Assembly: GCA_000934665.2 (NCBI GenBank)
Contig: JYFJ02004426.1
Location: 1 to 32,274, forward strand
DNA length: 32,274 nucleotides
Origin: Catajapyx aquilonaris
Lineage: Eukaryota
Reading direction: 5' to 3'
A program made the translations under genes and the position numbers. This document shows positions 10,584 to 19,562 of this stretch, piece after piece; the stretch's first letter is position 1, and every line of letters begins with the position of its first letter. The notes below the pieces were generated by a model that saw only the letters and a list, made by a program, of their open reading frames with translations, ran no database searches and was not told the origin of the DNA.

Positions 10584-11106
10584 ACGTCAATAGTGGTAGT
10601 TTTTCCCATCTAGAATGGACATTGACATCATTGTTTCTGCAGCATTCACATTTCTTTCTTTCAAGACCCAGAGTATTCCGTATTTGTGGGTTCCTGTCAC
10701 CTGAGGATACAAAGGTAATGTCATCCAATGCTATGTAGAATTTGGGAACATAGGACCCAACCTGGCAACAGTATGCATGTAAAAACCCATGACCATACTC
10801 CATCTCTTCGCTTTTACCTTCTCAGCAGCATAGTTACCATTCCCAAGCAGCAGTTTCCCCTCACTTAAACTAGAATCACTATGCTATTACTAGTATTACA
10901 TGCATTTCACCTTTCACTTGAAAGAAAATGAGCTATCCTATTGTCCAGCACCCTTTCATATGCATCATGTCACGTTCAAATACAAACGAGTAATAAGTTA
11001 GTGGTCTCACCTCCTCCATGAAGCCCCAGCCTGGCATGGAGCTGGACCTGACGCGGACCTCGTCAGACTCCTTTTGTATCATTGGCTTGGCAAATGGATT
11101 GCCCAT
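6336..11106 (-). CDS. Multi-exon chimeric gene: PP2C-like N-terminus, extended Tudor domain, UBE2V-like C-terminus; proposed exons 11106-11011, 10761-10701, 8671-8629, 8584-8518, 8154-8019, 7739-7645, 7290-6620, 6495-6336 (442 aa if all used)
   Basis: All eight exons have GT-AG boundaries and successive phases match, giving a 1329-nt stop-free ORF. The last five exons are well supported. Linkage of the first exons, the 44-bp intron (8585-8628) and possible extra exons at 9000-9550 are less certain. Confidence 0.6.
6620..7290 (-). CDS. Exon encoding an extended Tudor (eTudor) domain
   Basis: MLAKLPEEDFWERVYILKVDGELMDVLVIDTCKEKV...AEMPVEFRRLPGHGARCDL parallels the eTudor pattern CxAxFxxDxxWYRAxI...VxFVDYGNxE...LPxxFxxLPxQAxxCxL. 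TTTCCAG acceptor and GTAACC donor. Confidence 0.8.
7899..7953. repeat. Perfect 55-bp palindrome (27-bp arms, 1-nt centre) in an intron
   Basis: TTCTTTGGTGATGACATTTCTGTAAGG-G-CCTTACAGAAATGTCATCACCAAAGAA, followed by a smaller palindrome GCCTTAC-A-GTAAGGC at 7959-7973. Confidence 0.95.
9652..10008 (-). mobile_element. tRNA-derived SINE
   Basis: Minus-strand head with A box TGGCCGTGATGG and B box GGTTCGATCC, internal GACATTGCAC, 3' end AGCACGGGGTAAC plus A-rich tail, and TSD CATTATAATTAT at 9640-9651 and 10009-10020. Confidence 0.9.
10201..10578 (+). mobile_element. tRNA-derived SINE with (ATT)n tail
   Basis: A box TGGTACTGCGG, B box GGTTCGATCC, internal GACATTGCAC, (ATT)n tail from ~10534, and TSD ATATAACGT(T/C)AA at 10188-10199 and 10579-10590. 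Confidence 0.9.
11011..11106 (-). CDS. First coding exon resembling a PP2C/PPM phosphatase N-terminus
   Basis: MGNPFAKPMIQKESDEVRVRSSSMPGWGFMEE resembles the PP2C start MGxxLSxPxxxKES...GSSxMQGWRxxMED; ends at a GTGAGA donor in phase 0. Confidence 0.5.
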
Positions 11107-11802
11107 GGTTGATGGTTGGTGAGGAGGCAATCAGCAGGGCCAAACGGGTAGGGGCGGAAGCGAATAAACAATTAAGGCAGGTGGACAACAATTGAATGAG
11201 TCAAGCTTCGTATTCCGGCTAATAGAACACAGCCACCATCTTGGAATGTTCGACGGGAGGGGGGGGGGGGGGGCNGGGGGCACGGGTGCCAGATGGAAAT
11301 TTTCCCTCGCTCTCCTTCTCCCCTCACCTGGGCATGCACCTGGGCCACCTGGGCAATGGGTGTTGTGTTGGGCAGTTAGATGCTGAACCTGGCAACAAGT
11401 GAGGCCATCTCTGAGAGAGCCATGATGGAGCTCCTTCCTAACCGATTGGCTGACATATCAGCTCAAACTAATGTGTAACATAAGTAATGTTTAATGTCCA
11501 GATTTTTTTTCTCCTTCACCCGCACACCTCAGGGCATATAATTATATGAAAGATACAGGGTGACCGAAAATACTTGTCATCTTCTTGGCATCCACGGGGA
11601 TCACGTGGGCCGTGACGTGAGGATCATAATACACACAAAAAAAAAACATCGGACTGTCAAGGAGCGCCGAGAAGCTTGGGCTTTGTTAACGGCGTCTTTG
11701 TTCAATTATTATTAGTGTCACTTCCCTGTAAACGTGTTTCTCTTTCTTTTTCTTTTACTTTACAGCTGGGAGGAACCTGCCGTAAGGGTAAGTGGACATA
11801 TG

Positions 11803-12487
11803 AGGGAGGCGTGGAAGTCTAGTGGTTACGCCACAGACTAGCCAAGCAGGAGGCCGGGGTTCAAATCCCGTCCCCGTCACCTCTGCTTGGCCGGGTCTTT
11901 TTCCGCTTTTCACCCGACACGCCGGGGCAGCATTGCACTCCCTTAGCGGCCCGGGGCCAGAGAAAAGGTCTGGTGTATCTGAGAGAGTCGTGAGCACGGC
12001 TGTAGAAGACTCAGGTTAGGTCACTCCCCACCCACCCCCTGCCGAAGGATTACGCACCGGGTGGCCACTTGAGATCGCTACGAGACATTTCCCAAGGCTA
12101 TCATGTGGCGACCCTACCGGACTAAGGCTGAACTTTACAGGTACGAAGGGGAGGGCTACATGCTGGCCCAACATGGCCGCCAGCGGCCATGTTGGGCCCC
12201 CCAATGTAGCCCCCCCCCTTTCGTACCGGTAAAGTTCAGCCTTAGTCCGGTAGGGTCGCCACATGATAGCCTTGGGAAATGTCTCGTAGCGATCTCAAGT
12301 GGCCACCCGGTGCGTAATCCCTCGGCAGCTGATAACGCCAGAACGTAAGTATAAGTGTCCGTGGGCTGGTCGTGAGTGACTATAAACCGTGGATGCCCTT
12401 GGGAACCTTTCCCCTCCCCACAAAACGAGCCGCAATGGCTCGAGCACGGGGTAACAATAAAAAATATTAAAAAAATAAGATATAAAA
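11803..12487 (+). mobile_element. tRNA-derived SINE carrying an internal 290-bp palindrome
   Basis: B box GGTTCAAATCC, 3' end AGCACGGGGTAAC plus A-rich tail, exact 13-bp TSD AAGTGGACATATG at 11790-11802 and 12488-12500. Related to the 29036-29317 copy. Confidence 0.92.
12039..12328. repeat. Near-perfect 290-bp foldback palindrome (~140-bp arms)
   Basis: CTGCCGAAGGATTACGCACC...CATGGCCGC-CA-GCGGCCATG...GGTGCGTAATCCCTCGGCAG; explains the mirror-image ORFs in the ORF track. Confidence 0.95.
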
Positions 12488-12701
12488 AAGTGGACATATG
12501 GGATAATTGGTGATGGTTTATTGGGAGGGGGCTGAGGAGGAAGCAATCCAGCAATTAATGGTCACAAATAATGAGCGATTAGTCATCCAACTTTGGTTAT
12601 TTACTGAGGGGTTTTTCACTTTGACGTGTACTACGTGTCCGGTTATAGATCGTTTGTTATTACTTAGAGAGGTGCCATGGATGATAGAAAATGTGCTCTA
12701 C

Positions 12702-12850
12702 TACAGTGCGGAAAACGAAACGACGATCTGACGTCATCATTTTGTTCTCATGCAACAATAGGCGTAAACAATGTTCTTTTTGCTGACACTGTTTACTCGT
12801 ATTGTTGTGTGACGATGACGTCAGATAGTCGTTTCGTTTTCCGCACAGTA
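12702..12850. mobile_element. MITE with ~38-bp TIRs and TA flanks (mariner-type)
   Basis: TA-CAGTGCGGAAAACGAAACGACGATCTGACGTCATC ... GATGACGTCAGATAGTCGTTTCGTTTTCCGCACAG-TA; second copy in opposite orientation at 16243-16390. Confidence 0.85.
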
Positions 12851-13352
12851 GGAGCAGTGCAGAAAGGGCAGACCACAAATTGCAATAATTCAGTCAATAT
12901 CACTTTAGCCATTATTTGGTTTTGGCATTAGGTGGCATTATTACATAAATAGCAGTCTACTTAATCAGAAAAAAATATGAAATAGTGCAAGATTTTGTTG
13001 ATTACTGAGTGATTAGTGGATGTTATTCATTGATAATTGAAGGGGTCGGTGCAATACTGCCCTAACCCTCCCAAACCTGATTTTGAGAAAACCGAAGTTG
13101 AAAGTTTGAGATGACCCATAAATCACATTTTCCATAGGACAATTTTCATATCTCCCCCAATGTACAAGGCACTAATAAGGGATATTTATGTGCTATTATG
13201 ATGATGATGATGCACCACCCGCTCTAAGAATGAACAAAATAAGGTGGCCACGTGTGAAAAAAAGGGTTAGGGCAGTATTGCACCCAAGTTGTAATGCGAA
13301 CTAAATTTTGGTCAAGAACGTATCACAAGCTTCACTAGTTAGTTTAGTGATC

Positions 13353-13970
13353 ATATAAATTATATCAAATGAACTGTCGTGAGATGAGGAAACATTTTGG
13401 TGGCATCGGGTATAACCTAGATTGTAAAATAAAAATGCTAAAAAATTCGCATTATTGTTCAAAACGGACACATTTCATATGGTCCAATGTCATTGCTAAA
13501 CACATGCTAAGCGTGTGGAATTAATATGGTAGGTATACATTGTCATCTGATCATTACTATACTGTCGAAGGACAACATCACAGGTCAAGCAGTCTTGGAA
13601 ATAAAACTTCTGAAATGTCTGTTTTCCACTAATTTGGTCATCTTCGAGGTAATTTTTTCTCAATGTAGGGCTGGGTTGAAGTTACCAAATAACGTAGCCT
13701 ATAGAGGGCTTTTCCGGACATTTCATGATTTATTGTGTCCAAGTCTGATTGACCTTGATGTTGCCCTACAATAGTAATGAGCAGATGACAATGTACCTAC
13801 CACATTAATTCCACACAATTAGCATCTGTTTAACAATGACATTGGACCATATGAAATGTGTCCGTTTTGCACAATAATGCGATTTTTTAGCATTTTGATT
13901 TTACAATCTAGGTTAAACATGTTGCCACAAAATGTTCCTCATCTCACAACAGTTCATTTGATATAATATG
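13353..13970. repeat. Long imperfect inverted repeat (arms ~13353-13621 and ~13714-13970) inside the Sola-like element
   Basis: For example AAAACGGACACATTTCATATGGTCCAATGTCATTG pairs with CAATGACATTGGACCATATGAAATGTGTCCGTTTT, and ATATCAAATGAACTGT pairs with ACAGTTCATTTGATAT. Confidence 0.9.
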
Positions 13971-14309
13971 AACATGAGGGTACAATAATAACTTCACCTG
14001 AAATAAATGGACCTTCGAATCCGTCTCCATTGTTTCTGAAAGACGTTGCCATATCTCCGTGGGATTTTCACCTGGGAGGCTCTTAACTTTATTTTTGGCA
14101 ACACTTCAATGATTTTTATATATCAAATTATGAGATGGTCGAGCCACCAACTTGTCTATCTTGACATGGAATGACTCAACTATTATTATTATTTTGCTGC
14201 AATTGACTACTACTTTGCACAGCATCATTATCAGGATCGAACTCTGAATCGTAGGTACAGTAGTACTCTCATCCACATCGGTGTCATCAGGCAAAAGCTC
14301 ACTATTTAA

Positions 14310-14781
14310 CCCTTAACTACGTAGGTGGGTGAAACACCTTTAACTACGTAGGTGGAGCCTGAGAGGCTCCAACGGTATATTTAAATTTCTGCTTATCAAC
14401 TAAATTGTTATATTGGACTTTTCACATACAGAAAGTGCAGTTCAGATCATTAGGCTTCCGAAAACGTAAAAATCACACTCTGAGTCAGCATATTCCGACA
14501 GGGAAAAATTGCTAATTAAAAGGTTACATCATGTGTTTGAGCCGCTCAGGCTTCACCTGAGTTATAGAGCCTGAGCGGTTCCAGGAGCGACCTGTTCCTC
14601 ATTACGAATTTTTTAAAACCAAAGAATAGGGACTAAAAAATTTTTTCTTTCCTTTCCATGCTTAGGAAGGTTTTTCTGACAAAGTCACGGAAGGACAGGG
14701 GAAAATAAAATTCAATGAAAAAGTTACATGCGTTTAAATAGTGCTTGGAGCCTCTCAGGCTCCACCTACGTATAGTTAAGG
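14310..14781. mobile_element. piggyBac-like MITE nested in the Sola-like element
   Basis: TTAA|CCCTTAACTACGTAGGTGG start; ACGTAGGTGGAGCCTGAGAGGCTCCAA is mirrored by TTGGAGCCTCTCAGGCTCCACCTACGT near the right end. The right TTAA is not preserved. Confidence 0.65.
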
Positions 14782-15073
14782 CCCGACTCGTGAGACACAG
14801 CAGCTCGCAGCTGCAACCTACGCGCTGCCATATTTGCAGATGGAGGGTTAGGGCGGTTTTGCTACAGAAAAGCCATTCATAACTTTGCAGCAAGAAAAAC
14901 ATTGCTTGATTTCTCGCCAACAAATGACAGAAACTGGACAATCTCAGTGTACTTTATTAGATATTTGAGTGTAGTATATGGAAGTGCGCGAAACTCAATA
15001 TATTTGTGTCATTTGGTGGGTTAGGGCAGTATTGCACCGACCCCCTTCAATTGTTTACCAGGACCAACACACC

Positions 15074-15283
15074 ATGATGTCAGCAGTTTCTGTCAAGATA
15101 GAGGTGGAAGAAGAAGGTGAAATGCCTGTCACGACTGAAGAGGAAGAGGATTTGGCGTCATGGAAAGCAGCATTATCCAGCTTGATTGCTGATAACGCCA
15201 GTGCTACTGGAGATGTGCATCCGGATATAAAAGAGGAGCCGAAGGAGGATGAAGAGATTGCAGTCGGACCCAGTCAAGTACCA
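15074..15283 (+). CDS. Orphan acidic coding exon with VKIE and IKEE motifs, typical of nuclear/zinc-finger protein N-termini
   Basis: Acceptor TTTACCAG ending at 15061, ACCATG at 15074, MMSAVSVKIEVEEEGE...DIKEEPKEDEEIAVGPSQVP, donor GTATGT at 15284. No downstream exon identified. Confidence 0.55.
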
Positions 15284-15324
15284 GTATGTGCTGCTTTCAA
15301 TGATTGTTATACCTGAGTATGAAA

Positions 15325-15402
15325 TCGTCGGGTGAGAATTACATGGTTGTAACTGCAATGAAAATCCTGTGTAGTTACAACCTTGTAATTCTCACCCAAC
15401 GA
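15325..15402. repeat. Short hairpin / mini-MITE
   Basis: TCGTCGGGTGAGAATTACATGGTTGTAACTGCA is mirrored by TGTAGTTACAACCTTGTAATTCTCACCCAACGA. Confidence 0.8.
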
Positions 15403-15603
15403 AATTATGTCCTTTATTGATATCATCCCAATAACTTTTCAATGCAATCCTCCCTGACATTCACACACCTTTTCCACCTCATCTCAAATGACTTTATGCC
15501 ATCATTAAAAAGTATTTTCTGTTGCGTGCCAAATCGCCCTTCCACTATACTTCCTGGAATTCGTCATTGCTGAAAAATCGATGGCAATGAAGGGATTTTT
15601 GAA

Positions 15604-15795
15604 GGCCCCTGCCACACTAGACGGAATTTCCGCGACGGAATTTCCGTCGCATCCCACTCAAATAATCAAACTCATAAGTAAACGGGATTCCGTCGGGGCC
15701 GATTTTTTCCGCCGTGTCTTCGGCTGGTGCTCGACGGAAGAACAGAAAATCCGTCGTGGGTGTCACATCCCGACGGAATCCCGTTTTCTGTCGGT
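15604..15795. mobile_element. Harbinger-like MITE left end with GACGGAATTTCC-type subterminal repeats
   Basis: Starts GGCCCCTGCCACACTAGACGG and has repeated GACGGAAT/TTCCGTC motifs in both orientations; no right TIR found. Confidence 0.45.
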
Positions 15796-15914
15796 CGTTT
15801 GTGACAGTCAAGAAATTACTTGGTAGACATAAGAAAGGGAGAAAAAAAAGAAAGACACGAAAAAGACGAAAGAAAAGGGGGAATGGGAAGAAGAAGAAAA
15901 ACGAAACTGGAAAC

Positions 15915-15975
15915 GGCTCTCCGACCAGGGTCGAACCTACGACCCTTTGATCTTCTATGACCGTGCTCTAATCTG
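15915..15975 (-). other. Degenerate tRNA-like sequence / SINE head
   Basis: Minus strand TTAGAGCACGG...GGTCGTAGGTTCGACCCTG has a B box but no complete cloverleaf. Confidence 0.4.
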
Positions 15976-16242
15976 TAAACAGCAGTGTTACCAACTGGGT
16001 CATTGACTTGTTTGGAACGTTACAATTAGCGCTCTACCGTATCTCCGTCGCCGTGGTTACGGGCCCACATTTATTAAATTGCTAATTACTCGAAAATGCA
16101 TGAGCATATGAGACGGTTGTGATTTTCACATATTCATACCTGGCCTACAATTGACCAGCCATGTAATTTTGGGTCCGATCGGTGACATGTTGGTGCGTAA
16201 GTTGTACTGAGCACGGTGAAACGTAACTGGCCCTGAGGGAGG

Positions 16243-16390
16243 TAATGTACGGAAAATGAAAGAACGATCTGACGTCATAAAGGTTTCCATGGAAATACCG
16301 TCACAGAACAATGTGAGTAAACAGTGTCAACAAAAAGCATCAATGGAAGAAACGATGACGTCAGATCGTTCTCTCGTTTTCCATACATTA
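16243..16390. mobile_element. MITE, second copy of the 12702-12850 family (inverted)
   Basis: TA-ATGTACGGAAAATGAAAGAACGATCTGACGTCAT ... ATGACGTCAGATCGTTCTCTCGTTTTCCATACAT-TA; internal GAGTAAACAGTGTCA is the reverse complement of copy 1. Confidence 0.85.
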
Positions 16391-17654
16391 GCAGCGCCTC
16401 TGTTGGCTGTCGGAAGCACTCGTTCTGTCGCCGCCATTGCATAGTTTCGCACTTCATTCGAAGCAAGGCAGCAAGGTGCCCAAGCAATTCATTCCCTACC
16501 AGTGCAGTGGCATTGTTCGGTCGGTGTGACAAGTGACGACTTGAGGCGACTCCGCATCTTCCAGTGCTGAAGGTTGGACAATCATCACATCAGCTAGCAC
16601 CCATCTTGCCGGTGTCTTATTTCACCTGAGACAATCAAGCGTGAGTTTTTAGAAGGGTTATAATTATGCGGGGATGTCGAAAACTTCCTAAAAGTAACTG
16701 GTGGTAGTTTGTTTGTAATTGGAGATTGTTTGTAATTGGTTGTTTGTGGTAGTGGAAGGTTCCAACAGCAACCCCCTTCTATACCGTACATCTTGTATTG
16801 GCAATACTGCCATTTTCGGCGTGGCCATTACGAAAAGATCAGTCGGTTCCAAAATGTTGGTCGAGCTCATTCTCTAATCGGGGACAACGGCGACACTAAC
16901 AGTCAAAAAGAGTGTGAATGTTTCCATTGCTGTCATCATGCGGGCAAGATTGGCATGAAGAATTTATGTCTATAATTGCACGTGATACACAGATGTAATG
17001 TGAGAGGATCTTGCATTTGGAGTGGGGAGGGGAGGTGTTCTGAAATATGTAAGCCACCAGGTTGTTGACTCGACCGGGCCGCGCCTGCAAGAATGGGACA
17101 GACATTCGATTACAATAGGGCTCTGATTACGGGAATTATCTGCTTTGAACTGGAATTTTTGTCTTGCTTTGCCTCTTTGTCCGCAAAGGTATTGTGAGAA
17201 ATCAGCTCACCTGCAGGATTATTGACACATTACGCATAACGTCCGTATATAATTACATTGTTGAACGAGGAGTCAAGGTTGATCTGGGGTTGAGAGGGGC
17301 TTAACCCCCTGTTCATACGTCATGGTAGTTCAGCCCAGCATGAAGGGATCGAGTTGGACACTATAATTATATAGGTACGGTATGGTTCTGAATCAGCGAA
17401 GTGTACCTGAGGAACCAACGCCACGGAGGTTACTGTGCGGTTTTTTTCCAGAAAATACCGGGTTCCGGTTCGGGATTGTGTTTGTTTATCGTTATGTACA
17501 CGGGTCTTACTAGACTCTGGATTCAACCCTGGGTCGCTGTCGAGCCGAGGTTACTCAACCTCGCCATTTTCCAGTATAGACTAAAGGTAGCTCGATCACT
17601 ATATTCATTCGACATAAGCTTTTTGGGCATGTAATCATAGCCTCTTAAGCCAGC

Positions 17655-17978
17655 ATAGCTTTCTGTCCAAGGGTCGTAAGGTAGACACTACGAAATGTAC
17701 CACTAAGACTGATAATAACAATATGAGGGTGTCCTTGGTGTCACTGGGCACCAGGCGGCTGGCGACATGGCGTTGTGTCGGGGGTCGAAAGTCCATGGCC
17801 AAGCAAGCTCGAATCAGCCGGACACTCACATCCTGTTATGTTAAAAGGTTCATAATCTTCACCCGTGGCTGACATTAAAATAATTTCTATTTGTCCCTGA
17901 TGACTTCATCCTCACATTCGCACCTGTGATAATGTAGGTTACAGGATGTTTACTCTTCCGACGGAGAACATTGCATAC
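17655..17978 (-). repeat. Diverged dispersed repeat, copy B (inverted homolog of 296-618)
   Basis: Same collinear conserved blocks as copy A, on the reverse strand. Confidence 0.85.
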
Positions 17979-18830
17979 ACCCCAGGATCAAAAGAATGTT
18001 AATTGCAAAACATGTGTAGCAATGAACGAAAACATCCACGCTTTGTCGTCGTAACATTTGCATATGGTATATTATTATTTTGTCTTCGAAATTCGGGCCA
18101 CGAAGTGAACAAAAATTCAATTCTTTCTTGCATCGTGCTGGCGAAAGACAGGATGCTTATGGGGATGAATGGCCTATGAAAGTGAGGGCCAAAAATATTG
18201 TTGCTTTCTCCCTGATAAGAAGGCCACGATCAAAAACGTTTTATAGGAACATTTGCATGCATGTTCTGTCTCGTTTTGTTTCTCCGTTGAGCCTTGCCCA
18301 GCACATGATAGGCCTTGATGTTCCTCTGGCCAGGAAAACGCGACCATTTCTTCGCGGGTAGTCCATCATGGAAGTGAACTCATTCGAGGAATTCCCTTGC
18401 AATAGCCAATATCCATAATGGATTGCGAAATATTTGATAGGTTGAACCCACGAATATAATAGCTAACTAAGTTACCTTTTTGAGTATAAATTTTCCTCTT
18501 TGCATGCAGGACATCCACGATGTTGTAAAACTTAATCATTCGTATCCAATAACCCTCAACCTGTAACCTTTCATTAACGTGTGCATTAAATGTTCCAAAA
18601 ACTGTACTCAGCATAAAACGAGATTGGCAAATCACGTGAGCGTGATTAGAGTAGACTTTTTCATATTTACTGCTATTGTCCCCAATGTCCGTCACGGAAC
18701 TGGGACTGAAACCGAAACCACCCATAACTCATTTTCAGCCAAAAGTGGACTTACCCTTTTCCCCCTCCCTCCTCCTACTCCCAGACCGCCCCTTTCCCTT
18801 TAAAAAAAATCTATGCTAGCAAACCCATCT

Positions 18831-19079
18831 TTAAGACCTTTTTTCAGCAATCGAAAAAAGTCTTCTAGAACCGCACTGTCCGTCCGTCCATCCGTCTGTG
18901 GACAGGTATCAGGACGGTATCATGGGATAGGAGGAGGGGGGGGGGGGGATAGAGTGAACCCGGAACCCGAAAATCGGAAAAAATCTTATAGCGCAGCTCT
19001 GTCTGTTTGATATCTGTCCGCAGACAGACAGACAGACAGAGCCGTTCTATAAGACTTTTTCCCCCCAAAAGTCTAAAAA
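18831..19079. mobile_element. Two inward-facing DINE-1/HINE-like (Helentron-associated) ends
   Basis: Left end AGACCTTTTTT...AAAAAAGTCTTCTAGAACCGCACTGTCCGTCCGTCC; right end on the minus strand TTTTTAGACTTTT...AAAAAGTCTTATAGAACGGCTCTGTCTGTCTGTCTG. A short subterminal inverted repeat followed by (GTCY)n is the DINE-1/HINE layout. Confidence 0.6.
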
Positions 19080-19562
19080 TATAAATATTAGTACAGTGCA
19101 CGGAAAAATCTGGGAAATTTTGTAACTTAACCTGGGGCTATACCTGTACTTTACGGTACGTCGAGATGGACATGTTTTCGCGGAGGGCATGCGTAGTACC
19201 TGACCGAACTACTAGGGTACATTCTCTCACATTCTGCGCATAACAGGTGCTTTATTGGCAAACTTCAATTTGCAGGTGGAACACTACTCCGTACACGCAC
19301 TAAACGATTAATCGAGTGCGTCAAACATACTGTAAAATCATCTCCAAAAATTTAAAAAGATCCCATCTCTGCTATTTTTCGGTAATAATTATTTCTTAGG
19401 TGCTTCTTTCATGCAACAGTTACGGAACTATTGCAAGTCCCAGATCAATTGTAGATGTGAAGAATATTACATGCCCATGCCCAGAATATTACCATTAATT
19501 TGATCCCTCCTAAAGTACGTAACATGTTGTAAATAATAATGTCCTTTTATTTGCAGACTGGC

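Larger units (their letters stand above)
13039..15048. mobile_element. 2-kb non-autonomous DNA transposon, Sola1-like, with nested insertions
   Basis: ~30-bp TIRs GAAGGGGTCGGTGCAATACTGCCCTAACCC / GGGTTAGGGCAGTATTGCACCGACCCCCTTC flanked by AATT at 13035-13038 and 15049-15052. A 4-bp AWWT TSD is the known Sola1 signature. No intact transposase. Confidence 0.8.

Noticed and set aside
11554..11730. TA-CAGGG...CCCTG-TA as a complete mariner MITE
   Set aside because: The inverted match is only 5 bp beyond the TA, too short to support pairing of the ends.
12016..12554. Mirror-image ORFs beginning MWRPYRTKAELYRYE on both strands
   Set aside because: They result from the 290-bp palindrome inside a SINE and have no splice signals or recognisable protein features.
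14100..14300. Acidic minus-strand peptide as a Sola transposase remnant
   Set aside because: Short, needs a frameshift and shows no catalytic motif.
17897..17930. CTGATGA as a hammerhead ribozyme core
   Set aside because: No stem II followed by GAAA in the required order.
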